From positions 394,553 to 458,552 of the forward strand of contig CAXXIN010000018.1 of NCBI GenBank assembly GCA_963665275.2: a DNA stretch of 64,000 bases. Direction: 5' to 3'. Shown here piece after piece: positions 28,799-38,547 of this stretch. The notes under the pieces are model-generated. The model saw nothing but the letters and a program-made list of their open reading frames with translations, was not told the origin of the DNA and did no database searches. This DNA is from Negativicutes bacterium (GTDB taxonomy: Bacteria; Bacillota; Negativicutes; UBA1444). The position numbers were made by a program, and so were the translations under genes. Numbering within the stretch: the stretch's first letter is position 1; each line of letters opens with the position of its first letter.

Positions 28799-30091
28799 AT
28801 GAAACAAACTACGAGGGTTTTCATTGCCAGCCTTATGGGGAGCGCGGTCGAATGGTTTGATTTTTTTCTCTATGGTTCATTAGCTCCGCTGGTCTTTAAT
28901 AAATTATTCTTTCCGAATATTGATCCTACGATAGCTATGATGGTAGTTTATGCTTCTTTTGGCGTCCCGTTCTTTTTCCGGCCGCTCGGCGGAATTCTGT
29001 TCAGTCATTTAGGCGATAAAGTTGGCAGGAAAAAAACTTTGATAATGACGTTATCCTTGATGGGCGGGGCAACATTTCTAATGGGCGTATTACCAGACTA
29101 TCAAACCATTGGAATTGCTGCGCCAATTTTGCTCGTCTTCTTGCGAATATGTCAAGGGATTGCCTTAGGTGGTGAATGGGGCGGTTCGATGCTGCTATCA
29201 GTCGAATATGCGACCAAGGGGAGAAGAGGACTGTTTGGCAGCGTTCCGCAAATCGGAGTTTATCTGGGGATGCTGTTGGGGACAGTTTCACTTTCTTTGT
29301 TGAGCATACTTCCTAGTGCTCAATTTTTGACTTGGGGTTGGCGGATTCCTTTCCTTTTGAGTATAGTTTTGGTTCTTCTGGGACTTTGGATTCGAGGCGG
29401 AATTGACGAGACTCCTGAGTTCAAGGCAGCAAAAGATGAGGGAAGTCTGGCAAAATTTCCGCTCGGAGAGTTACTTCGCGACCATTGGCGCGTAGTCTTA
29501 CTAGCTATAGGAGTAAAATTCATAGAGTCTTCGCCGTTCTATATCGTTGCAGTCTTTAGCATTTCCTATGCGACGAAATTTATAGGTTTTACTCAAATTA
29601 ATGTGTTTAATGCCGTGACCGTGGCGACTATAATAACTGCAATAGCTATACCTTTAGCGGGGATACTTTCAGATAAGATTGGTCGAGTACGTTTATATGC
29701 TTTGTGTAGCATTATTACAATGGCGTTTGCTTTTCCATATTTTTATCTGATTTCTTCGAAGAGTTTGGTTGCTCTTTACATAGCTACGGTTATAGGCATG
29801 TTAGTCTCATCACCGATGACTGCAATCCAGGGCACTTTATATTCGGAAACATTTGATACTAAAACGCGTTTCACTGGAATCTCAATTGCACAATCCCTAG
29901 GAGCTGCAATATCCGGGGGTATGGCCCCGTTGGTAGCCACGGTCTTACTTGCCGCCTACAATAACTCTTGGGTCCCTATTGCACTTTATCTCATAGGGTG
30001 TGGAGTGATATCCCTTACTTGTTTGTATTTTATGAATAATATTTCGAAAAGAAAGCAAATTAATGGAAGCTATTTTAAAATGGATGCGTGA
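28799..30091 (+). CDS. MFS transporter, MHS (metabolite:H+ symporter) family
   Basis: EWFDFFLYG, RPLGGILFSHLGDKVGRK, QGIALGGEWGG, WGWRIPF and ETPEF. Confidence 0.92.
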   Translation: MKQTTRVFIASLMGSAVEWFDFFLYGSLAPLVFNKLFFPNIDPTIAMMVVYASFGVPFFFRPLGGILFSHLGDKVGRKKTLIMTLSLMGGATFLMGVLPDYQTIGIAAPILLVFLRICQGIALGGEWGGSMLLSVEYATKGRRGLFGSVPQIGVYLGMLLGTVSLSLLSILPSAQFLTWGWRIPFLLSIVLVLLGLWIRGGIDETPEFKAAKDEGSLAKFPLGELLRDHWRVVLLAIGVKFIESSPFYIVAVFSISYATKFIGFTQINVFNAVTVATIITAIAIPLAGILSDKIGRVRLYALCSIITMAFAFPYFYLISSKSLVALYIATVIGMLVSSPMTAIQGTLYSETFDTKTRFTGISIAQSLGAAISGGMAPLVATVLLAAYNNSWVPIALYLIGCGVISLTCLYFMNNISKRKQINGSYFKMDA

Positions 30092-30318
30092 GAGTTGCCT
30101 GCTAAAAGTGATTTGATATTGTTGTAGGTGTTTCATGGAAAAGAAGCATAACTTTCTGCCCATCAAGCAGGAGATAGGGGTATAATCACGAAGTTTTATG
30201 GTGTTTAGTGAGTTCGATTTTGATTTCATGGCGGATCATGCGGCGAAATATAACTATAGCGCCTTCTGATTCGGCTTGGGCATAGGTGAAGGGTAATAAA
30301 CAGAAGGAGGACTTTTAC

Positions 30319-31221
30319 ATGAAAAGGTTGACGAGTCTATTCCTTATTTTTGTCCTGTGTCTTGTCGCAAGCGTTGCCTGGGCCAAAGGCGATCCAATAA
30401 CATCTGGCTTGCTGCCCAACTACGAATATACCCTAATGGGCTCTTTTGAAGTGAACGGACGCCAAGGAATTGCCACAGATGGAGAATATTATTATGTGAG
30501 TGGCAGCAAAGCGCTATACAAATATGACAAATCAGGCAAACTTCTATTGGCGAATGAAAACCCATTTGAAGGATATGCCATACCTTCGAATCATATCGGC
30601 GATATTGACGTATTCAACGGGGAAATATTCGTGAGTGCAGAAAATTTCATGGATGGCGTGGGCAAGGACATTCAAATTGCCATTCACGATGCCGCCACGT
30701 TAAAACTGAAGCGGACCTTCCGATTCGAACCTTCCAGCGGACAGGAAGAAGTGTCCGGGATCACGGTGGACCGCGATAAAAAAACGGTTTGGATGTGTTC
30801 CTGGGTGGGAGAGGAAAGTGGGCGCTATCTATATGAATATAGTCTGGATACTGGTGCGTATTTGCGAAAAATTCACCTGCAACCGGTGCCGCAATGGGTT
30901 CAGGGCGTATTTTACTGGAAAGGCGCTTTGTATTTGACGGCGGATGACGGAACAGCCGACCTGGATGAGCCGGATCATCTTTATCGAGTCAACGTAACCG
31001 ATCAAACCTATGCCGGCGTAGTCTTGGAAAAAACATTCACACAAGTAAAGAAACAGGGAGAGATAGAAGGATTGACCGTAGATCCGACAACCAATGAACT
31101 GCTGGTGCTCTTTAATCGCGGCGCACGTATCGTTCTCGGCATGGGAAAAGGTCTCTATCCCGGATATACAAAAGAAATTTCTGAAGTATATCGCTATAAA
31201 ATGACCCCCATGGAAAAGTAG
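30319..31221 (+). CDS. Secreted hypothetical protein, probable beta-propeller
   Basis: Strong RBS AGGAGG; signal peptide ending AWA; repeated blades QGIATD, HIGDID, SGITVD, QGVFYW and EGLTVD. Confidence 0.75.
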   Translation: MKRLTSLFLIFVLCLVASVAWAKGDPITSGLLPNYEYTLMGSFEVNGRQGIATDGEYYYVSGSKALYKYDKSGKLLLANENPFEGYAIPSNHIGDIDVFNGEIFVSAENFMDGVGKDIQIAIHDAATLKLKRTFRFEPSSGQEEVSGITVDRDKKTVWMCSWVGEESGRYLYEYSLDTGAYLRKIHLQPVPQWVQGVFYWKGALYLTADDGTADLDEPDHLYRVNVTDQTYAGVVLEKTFTQVKKQGEIEGLTVDPTTNELLVLFNRGARIVLGMGKGLYPGYTKEISEVYRYKMTPMEK

Positions 31222-31248
31222 ACAATACGTTCGAACCAGTACTGCGTA

Positions 31249-31308
31249 TTGAACTCTAAAGCAAGGGTTTGCAGCTTTATCGCCGCAAACCCTTGCTTTA
31301 GAGTTCAA
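31249..31308. repeat. 24-bp perfect inverted repeat
   Basis: TTGAACTCTAAAGCAAGGGTTTGC-N12-GCAAACCCTTGCTTTAGAGTTCAA. Confidence 0.85.
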
Positions 31309-31473
31309 CAGAAATCTTGGTTGCATATCTGGCATAATAACGAACTGGTCGCCGGCACAAGCCAATTCTAGCGTAATAAAGTATAATAATAAATTGAAAC
31401 TATCGTTTGCAGGAGATCCTGTCTGCCTGCGCGAAAAACGATATATAAGCAAAAAACGAAAGTAGCTGAAGTA

Positions 31474-33882
31474 TTGACTCTAATTGCGGAAGTATGTATC
31501 AATGTTCAGGCCAGTCGTCTTCGACGGCCGTTTTCTTATCTGGTACCAGTCGAATTTCCATATCTGGACGCTGGATGGCGCGTTGTAGTTCCATTCGGTT
31601 CTTCGGATGCCGAAGGATTTGTGCTGGAAATTCGGGAATCTTCTCCCGACGAAGAAGTGACATTACTGAAATCGATCCGAGACGTTCCAGATGATGAACC
31701 TTGGTTCGATGGGGAAATGTTGGAAACCGCCCGCTGGTTGAGTGAATACTATGTTTGCTCGCTGGGGGAAGCACTGCGGCTCTTTATTCCCGGTAAGTCC
31801 GGGGTGCGCTCGGAAAAATTTTATCAAGTGGCTTCGGAAGACGACTGTTCCATGAATAGGGGAAAACTCTTTGAGTTCATTCAACAAAAAGGCTGTGTCA
31901 GTTTCCAAAGGTTGCGGGCTGAATTCAGTGCCGCCTGCAGGCAGGAACTAACCGCTTTGGTACGGGATGGATATGTTATCGCCAGCCGCCAGACCCGCCA
32001 ACGCGTGACGGAGAAATGGCTGCGAATTATTCGGCCTGCGCTACCTCCTGCTGCAGTGAAAGAAATACTTGCGGCTTGGAAAGGTAAACCGACGCAAAAA
32101 CGTTTATTGGAAAAATTGCTGGAGTCGGGCGGCTTGCCGGTTTCACAGGAGCCAGGCGGGATCGCCTGGGATCCAGCCGTAAAAGCATTGATCGCGAGCG
32201 GGCTGGCCTGCGAAGAAAAAGTCAGGGTCAACCGTGACAGCTACTGCGAGATGAGCGGAATCTGCCCGCCGGTTCAGGCCACCTCTGCTCAGCAGTCCGC
32301 ATTGGATAAAATCTTGCCCTCCATTTGCGAGCACAAACCAAACACTTTCTTGCTTTATGGCGTAACTGGCAGCGGCAAGACTGAAGTTTACCTGCAGGCA
32401 GCAGCCGCCGCTATCAAAGCTGGTCGCCAGACACTCGTGATGATCCCCGAAATCGCTCAAACGAGCCAGTTGCTCAGGCGATTTAAAGCGCGCTTTGGCC
32501 AGGCAGTGGCGGTTGTTCACAGTCGTCTGTCTGTCAGTGAACGACGTGATGTTTGGGATCGTTTCCGCAACCGGGAGATTCATATTGTCATCGGAACCCG
32601 CTCAGCCTTATTCCTGCCGGGTGCTCATCTGGGGCTGATTATCATGGATGAAGAACATGAGTTTACCTACAAACAGGAAGAATCTCCGCGGTATCATGTG
32701 CGGGAAACTGCACTCAAAAGAGCTTCCCTGCTGGGAGCGACCGTCGTGCTCGGCAGTGCAACTCCAGCACTGGAGTCTTATCATGCTACGATGTCAGGCC
32801 GTTATACCTTGCTGGAAATGCCGCACCGCGTTGATGGATCTACATTGCCAACAGTGGAAGTTGTTGATATGCGCGAGCAACTGAAACTGGGCCGTAAAAG
32901 CGTTGTCTCCGAACCGTTGGAACGTTTACTGAAAGAAACCAAAACCAAAGGGGAACAATCGATCCTGCTGCTGAACCGGAGGGGACATTCCACTTTTGTC
33001 ATGTGTCGAGAATGTGGGTATGTGATGCGCTGTGAACATTGCAGCGTCCCATTGGTGTTTCACATGCACGGAGGTCGCCTTCGCTGCCACTATTGCGACT
33101 CGTTCCATGCGGTGCCGACGACCTGTCCTGCATGTCACGGCAAATATATCCGTTATTTTGGCGCCGGAACTCAGCGCCTTGAGGAAGAATTGTCTGCCAT
33201 GCTGCCGGGAATCCGGTTGACACGAATGGATCAGGATACTACCGGCGGAAAATCGGGCCACGATAAGATGCTGGATGTTTTTCGCGCCGGGAAATCGGAT
33301 ATTCTACTTGGAACCCAGATGGTTGCCAAAGGTCATGATATTGAGAATGTAACTGCAGTCGGAATCCTGGCGGCGGATTCGTCGCTGAATCTCCCTGATT
33401 TTCGTGCTGCAGAGAGGTCCTTTGCCTTGGTCATGCAAGCTGCAGGCAGAGCCGGTCGCGGCGCCAAAGCAGGCCGCGTGGTAGTACAGACTTATCACCC
33501 GGAACATTATGCATTGCAGGCGGGAGCAGCACAAGATTATGCCGCCTTTTACAAACAGGAGATCGAGTTTCGTCGCCAACTGCGCTATCCGCCATTTGCT
33601 CAATTTGTGAAGATAACGGCTACTGGAACGGATGAAGCGCGTACGATGAAGTCTGCCGAAGAATTGGCTGCAATGTTGCGCGGACGATTCGATTCACAGC
33701 CGTGCCAAGTGGACATCATGGGCCCTTTTGTGCCACCGGTGTCAAAGATAGGCGATGTATTTCGCGTGCATACGCTGCTGCGGGCAGCAGACTTGTCGAT
33801 GGCAAAAAATGTGCTGGTGGAAACCGGTGTTGCCTGGGCCCGTGATGTGAGTATCGATGTTGACCCTCTCGGGATAATGTAG
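31474..33882 (+). CDS. priA: Primosomal protein N' helicase
   Basis: GVTGSGKTEVY, DEEHE.TYKQ, LNRRG, four CxxC pairs and GTQMVAKG. Confidence 0.96.
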   Translation: MTLIAEVCINVQASRLRRPFSYLVPVEFPYLDAGWRVVVPFGSSDAEGFVLEIRESSPDEEVTLLKSIRDVPDDEPWFDGEMLETARWLSEYYVCSLGEALRLFIPGKSGVRSEKFYQVASEDDCSMNRGKLFEFIQQKGCVSFQRLRAEFSAACRQELTALVRDGYVIASRQTRQRVTEKWLRIIRPALPPAAVKEILAAWKGKPTQKRLLEKLLESGGLPVSQEPGGIAWDPAVKALIASGLACEEKVRVNRDSYCEMSGICPPVQATSAQQSALDKILPSICEHKPNTFLLYGVTGSGKTEVYLQAAAAAIKAGRQTLVMIPEIAQTSQLLRRFKARFGQAVAVVHSRLSVSERRDVWDRFRNREIHIVIGTRSALFLPGAHLGLIIMDEEHEFTYKQEESPRYHVRETALKRASLLGATVVLGSATPALESYHATMSGRYTLLEMPHRVDGSTLPTVEVVDMREQLKLGRKSVVSEPLERLLKETKTKGEQSILLLNRRGHSTFVMCRECGYVMRCEHCSVPLVFHMHGGRLRCHYCDSFHAVPTTCPACHGKYIRYFGAGTQRLEEELSAMLPGIRLTRMDQDTTGGKSGHDKMLDVFRAGKSDILLGTQMVAKGHDIENVTAVGILAADSSLNLPDFRAAERSFALVMQAAGRAGRGAKAGRVVVQTYHPEHYALQAGAAQDYAAFYKQEIEFRRQLRYPPFAQFVKITATGTDEARTMKSAEELAAMLRGRFDSQPCQVDIMGPFVPPVSKIGDVFRVHTLLRAADLSMAKNVLVETGVAWARDVSIDVDPLGIM

Positions 33883-33960
33883 CAATGACCGTTTCATGGT
33901 AATTTCGGGGCACGTGTGATAAAATTTTAAATGAAACATTGTTTTTGTCAGGAGGTAGAC

Positions 33961-34422
33961 ATGTCAGTCCTGGATATTCGAAGGGCGGGGGATCCCGTTT
34001 TAAAAGAAAAAGCAAAGCCGGTCGCCAAAATCAATAAAATGGTGCGGGCGTTGATTGACAATATGGTCCAAACGATGAATGAAGCCGATGGAGTTGGATT
34101 GGCGGCTCCTCAGGTGGGCGTTTCCCTGCGGGTGATTGTCATTGACGTGGGTGACGGCCTCATTGAATTGATCAATCCTGAAATTGTAGAATCAGATGGA
34201 TGTGAGACTTCAACGGAAGGATGTCTGAGCATTCCCGGCATGTTCGGCGAGGTGGAACGCTTTACCTGCGTAACCGTGCAGGGACTGGACCGCCACGGCA
34301 ACCCTGTCAGTATTAAGGGGACTGAGCTATTGGCCAGAGCTCTGCAACATGAAATAGATCACCTAGAAGGCGTGCTGTTCATCGAACGGGCAAAATCGGT
34401 TTTCCGGGAGCATAAGGAATGA
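33961..34422 (+). CDS. def: Peptide deformylase
   Basis: GVGLAAPQ, EGCLS and QHEIDH; ATG 33961 follows GGAGG. Confidence 0.97.
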   Translation: MSVLDIRRAGDPVLKEKAKPVAKINKMVRALIDNMVQTMNEADGVGLAAPQVGVSLRVIVIDVGDGLIELINPEIVESDGCETSTEGCLSIPGMFGEVERFTCVTVQGLDRHGNPVSIKGTELLARALQHEIDHLEGVLFIERAKSVFREHKE

Positions 34423-35357
34423 CAGGGCGTCGGGTAGTTTTCATGGGAACGCCCGATTTCGCTGTTCCCTGTTTGCGTGCGATCGTTTCCGCTGGCTATG
34501 AGGTGTGCGGCGTAATAAGTCAACCGGACCGACCCAAAGGCCGCGGGCGCAAATTGTCTCCTTCCCCAGTGAAAGAGGCGGCGTTAGCTTTGGGATTGAC
34601 AGTGGTAACTGTTGAGCGGGTGAAAGACCCCGCCTTTTTGGTGCAACTGAGGGAATGGGCTCCGGATGTCGCGGTGGTGGTGGCTTTTGGCCAAATCCTG
34701 CCCGAATCGGTGCTACAAGCACCCCGTTTGGGCTGCATCAATGTGCATGCTTCGCTTTTGCCTGCATACCGGGGCGCAGCGCCGATCCATCGTGTAATCA
34801 TCGATGGTGGAACACGAACCGGCATCACGACGATGCAAATGGACCGTGGCATGGATACCGGCGATATGCTATTGAATGAAGCGGTGGATATCACGCCTGA
34901 CATGACCATGGGAGAGTTGCATGAGATTTTAAGTGAACGGGGAGCCGCGCTGATCGTCAAAACTCTGATACAGCTTTTTGATGGTACGGCGCACCCTCTT
35001 CCACAGGATTCTAGATTAGCCAGTTATGCTCCGATGCTGGATCGTGCACTGGAACGCATTGACTGGAATAAGTCTGCTCAGAACATTCACGACTTAGTGC
35101 GGGGAATGAATCCCTGGCCTGGGGCCTATTGCGTATGCGATAATATCACTTTGAAAATCTGGAAAACTCGTATTATTACTTCTGACGAACCCCTGATTCC
35201 TGGCCGCATCCATGCTATAACTCCAGACGGATTGATAGTGGAAACAGGGCAAAATATGATCGAATTACTGGAAGTCCAACCGGAATGTAAACGCCGTATG
35301 AGGGCGCGAGACTGCGCCTGCGGGTACTGCCTGACTCCGGGTACGGTAATGAAATAG
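34419..35357 (+). CDS. fmt: Methionyl-tRNA formyltransferase
   Basis: FMGTPDFA, NVHASLLPAYRGAAPI and MDTGD. Confidence 0.97.
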   Translation: MTGRRVVFMGTPDFAVPCLRAIVSAGYEVCGVISQPDRPKGRGRKLSPSPVKEAALALGLTVVTVERVKDPAFLVQLREWAPDVAVVVAFGQILPESVLQAPRLGCINVHASLLPAYRGAAPIHRVIIDGGTRTGITTMQMDRGMDTGDMLLNEAVDITPDMTMGELHEILSERGAALIVKTLIQLFDGTAHPLPQDSRLASYAPMLDRALERIDWNKSAQNIHDLVRGMNPWPGAYCVCDNITLKIWKTRIITSDEPLIPGRIHAITPDGLIVETGQNMIELLEVQPECKRRMRARDCACGYCLTPGTVMK

Positions 35358-35366
35358 GAGAAATTT

Positions 35367-36152
35367 ATGCATATAGAGCTTTCGGCTCGGCCGAAAAAAA
35401 GGCTGTTTCTTGCCTTGATACTGGCAAGCCTTCTCTTGGCAGTGATTTCAACGCTGGGAATCTGGTTGGTCAGCATCCCGGGGTTGGCTGATATCAGCAA
35501 ATCGCTTCCCATTATTTTGGGAGTCCTGCTTGCCTGTGTTGCGCTGATTGCGATCGGTGGTGTTGCAGGGATCGTGTTGGCAATTATAGGCTTTCATACT
35601 CCTCGCTTTTTCCTTGGGCAGGCATGGTCAGTCATTAATCTTTTATTTCCTATCGCGATCCGTATTGGCAAAATTTTTGATATCGAGAAGGAGACCGTGG
35701 AACGATCCTTCATTGAAGTCAGCAATCATCTCGTGCGGCAAAAATTAATCCGCGTCAAACCAGATCGTTTGTTGATCCTGACGCCTCACTGTATTCAAAA
35801 AGATACATGCCCGCACAAGATTACCCGTAACGTTAATAATTGCAAGCGTTGCGGTCAATGCCAGGTGAATGATTTGTTGCAGCTCACTGAAAAATATGGT
35901 GTGAATCTGGCCGTGGTCACAGGGGGAACGCTTGCCCGCAATGTTTTGAAAAATTTGCGTCCACAGGCTGTGTTGGCCATCGCCTGTGAACGTGATCTTA
36001 CAAGCGGAATTCAGGATGTATTTCCGCTTCCAGTCATTGGAGTCCTGAATGAGCGTCCCTTTGGCCCTTGCTGTAATACCCGCGTTGATATTCAACGCGT
36101 GGATGAATTGTTGCACGATATGATCGTGCCGCAGGAAGAACGGGTGTTATGA
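35367..36152 (+). CDS. DUF116-family Cys-rich membrane protein
   Basis: Two N-terminal TM helices; PHCIQ..C...CKRCGQC, TGGTLAR, IACERDL and GPC.NT. Confidence 0.85.
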   Translation: MHIELSARPKKRLFLALILASLLLAVISTLGIWLVSIPGLADISKSLPIILGVLLACVALIAIGGVAGIVLAIIGFHTPRFFLGQAWSVINLLFPIAIRIGKIFDIEKETVERSFIEVSNHLVRQKLIRVKPDRLLILTPHCIQKDTCPHKITRNVNNCKRCGQCQVNDLLQLTEKYGVNLAVVTGGTLARNVLKNLRPQAVLAIACERDLTSGIQDVFPLPVIGVLNERPFGPCCNTRVDIQRVDELLHDMIVPQEERVL

Positions 36153-37501
36153 TAGACAATTGGAATCGTTCGTCGCGTTCACTTGCCCTGGGCGTATTGC
36201 AGGATGTGTTTGTCAACGGCGCCTATGCGAACATCGCTTTATCCAAAAAACTGAATGAATCAAAATTATCGCCACTTGATCGACGATTAGCTACAGAACT
36301 GGTATATGGTTCAGTCAAAGCCTGTGGAACTCTCGACTGGCTTTTGGGCCATTATGTTAAGAAGCCTTTATCTCAGACAGATCCGTTAGTCGTGAATATC
36401 CTGCGCCTGGGCATGTACCAATTGTATTTTATGGACAAAATTCCCTCATCGGCGGCAGTCAATGAGTCGGTAAACTTGGCAAAAACCTTCGCCCATCCGG
36501 GTGCCAGTGGCTTTGTTAACGCTGTCCTGCGGTCAGCCGTGCGGGAACCGGAAAAAGTTCGTTATCCCAACCTTGCCAAGGATCCCCTGCGCCATATCGC
36601 GCTACGGGAATTCCACCCCGAATGGTTGGTACGACACTGGCTGGACAAGCTGGGAACAGGGGAAACGTTGGCCCTCTGTCATTTCAATAACTCCTATCCG
36701 CCGTTGTCCCTGCGAACTAACACGCTCCGAATCAGCCGGGAAGATTTGCTGCAAAAACTTGCAGAAGCTGGTGCGGAAGCAGAACCCTCCGTGCTAATCC
36801 CAGAAGGAATCCTGTGCCGCCGTATGGGGGATGAACCTCTGCGTTTTTTGCGGGAAGGGTTGTGTCAAGCACAGGATGAGAGCTCCATGTTGGTCGCCCA
36901 TGTGGTGGCCCCGCAGCCGGGAGACTTCGTTATCGACGCCTGTGCTGCTCCCGGTGGAAAAAGTACACATATGGCGACTCTGATGCAAAATCAGGGACGG
37001 GTATTGGCGACTGATATTCATCCACATAAAATTCTACTTATTGAAGACAATCGGCGGCGTTTGGGATTGGATATTATAGAGGCGAGACAATTGGATGCGA
37101 CGGAATTGCATCTTTCTTATGCTATGCAGGCGGACCGGGTTCTCGTAGATGCTCCGTGTTCGGGCCTTGGTGTTCTGCGGCGTCGGCCGGATGCCCGTTG
37201 GCGTAAAGAAACCTCATTGAAGGAATTGCCGGCATTGCAAAAGAAAATTCTACAGAGCGCTGCCCAATGTGTTAAACCGGGGGGAGTCCTTGTCTACAGT
37301 ACGTGTACGTTGGAGGAAGCTGAGAATGACTCCATCGTTCTCGAATTTTTGCAGGCAAACCCGGATTTTGCTCTGGATACGACAGGAGCCTATTTTCCGG
37401 TACCCCGTCAGGAATCGATGGTAACCTTATGGCCCCAGCGGGACGGAACCGATGGTTTTTTTATAGCGCGGATGTCGCGTAAAGCGGAAGGTGTTGCATA
37501 A
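36149..37501 (+). CDS. rsmB: 16S rRNA m5C967 methyltransferase
   Basis: NusB-like N-terminus; QDESS, DACAAPGGKS, DAPCSGLG and YSTCT. Confidence 0.96.
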   Translation: MIDNWNRSSRSLALGVLQDVFVNGAYANIALSKKLNESKLSPLDRRLATELVYGSVKACGTLDWLLGHYVKKPLSQTDPLVVNILRLGMYQLYFMDKIPSSAAVNESVNLAKTFAHPGASGFVNAVLRSAVREPEKVRYPNLAKDPLRHIALREFHPEWLVRHWLDKLGTGETLALCHFNNSYPPLSLRTNTLRISREDLLQKLAEAGAEAEPSVLIPEGILCRRMGDEPLRFLREGLCQAQDESSMLVAHVVAPQPGDFVIDACAAPGGKSTHMATLMQNQGRVLATDIHPHKILLIEDNRRRLGLDIIEARQLDATELHLSYAMQADRVLVDAPCSGLGVLRRRPDARWRKETSLKELPALQKKILQSAAQCVKPGGVLVYSTCTLEEAENDSIVLEFLQANPDFALDTTGAYFPVPRQESMVTLWPQRDGTDGFFIARMSRKAEGVA

Positions 37502-38547
37502 TGATAAAGGATATTTACGGTCTGTTTGTCGACGAAATTGCCTGGGAGTTTGAAAAGATAGGCATTGAAAAGTTTCGGGCCGCACAAGTTGCCGAGTGGA
37601 TGTACAAGCGTTTCGCCACTGATTTCTCCCAGATGACGAATTTGTCTTCTCCTATGCGATCGATATTCCGGGAGCGTTTTTGTATCGATATTCCAGAAGA
37701 ACAGGATATCAAACAGTCCGCAGACGGCAAAACTACCAAATATCTTCTTCGTTATTCAGACGGAGCCGCTGTAGAAACCGTACTCATGCGTCATCCCTAT
37801 GGAAACAGCGTATGCGTGTCCAGTCAGGTGGGCTGCGGCATGGGCTGCAAATTTTGCGCGTCAACCTTGTCCGGCTTGGAACGCAACTTAACCGGTGGGG
37901 AGATGCTGGCTCAGATTCAGCATGTTCAGCGTTCGCTGGGCGAGGGGCAGCGTGTTACGTCGGTAGTCATCATGGGCGGCGGCGAGCCGCTGGCCAATCT
38001 GGATGAAGTACTGCGTTTTATGCGACTTTGTCACGAGCCCTATATCCTGGATATGGGATATCGTTCCTTCACCGTTTCTACCTGCGGCCTGGTGCCTGGT
38101 ATCCATCGCCTGCAGGAGCAGGGGATGCCGGTGACTTTGTCCATATCCCTTCATGCACCGAACGATGAAATTCGATCGCGGATCATGCCCATCAGTCGTA
38201 AATATTCGGTGATGGAGCTTATGTCGGCTGCCAATGAATATGCGCTGACAACCAAACGACGCGTTACTTATGAGTATGCCATGATCAACGGTGTCAATGA
38301 CAGCCCCGAACATGCCAAGGAATTGGCCAATCTGTTGCGTGGCAAGCTGGCTGCCGTCAATCTGATCCCCTTGAATCCAGTTCCTGAGAGCGGACTGCAG
38401 CGATCAACCCCTGAGCGGATCGCTCGCTTCGAAGAGATGCTGAAGGTACGAAGAATTACAGTGACTGTGCGTCGGGAAAGGGGAACTGACATCGACGCGG
38501 CTTGCGGCCAATTGCGCCAGAGAAATGAAAAAGGAGGGGTCCAATGA
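37501..38547 (+). CDS. rlmN: Dual-specificity RNA methyltransferase RlmN (radical SAM)
   Basis: CVSSQVGCGMGCKFC, MGGGEP and DIDAACGQL. Confidence 0.96.
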   Translation: MIKDIYGLFVDEIAWEFEKIGIEKFRAAQVAEWMYKRFATDFSQMTNLSSPMRSIFRERFCIDIPEEQDIKQSADGKTTKYLLRYSDGAAVETVLMRHPYGNSVCVSSQVGCGMGCKFCASTLSGLERNLTGGEMLAQIQHVQRSLGEGQRVTSVVIMGGGEPLANLDEVLRFMRLCHEPYILDMGYRSFTVSTCGLVPGIHRLQEQGMPVTLSISLHAPNDEIRSRIMPISRKYSVMELMSAANEYALTTKRRVTYEYAMINGVNDSPEHAKELANLLRGKLAAVNLIPLNPVPESGLQRSTPERIARFEEMLKVRRITVTVRRERGTDIDAACGQLRQRNEKGGVQ

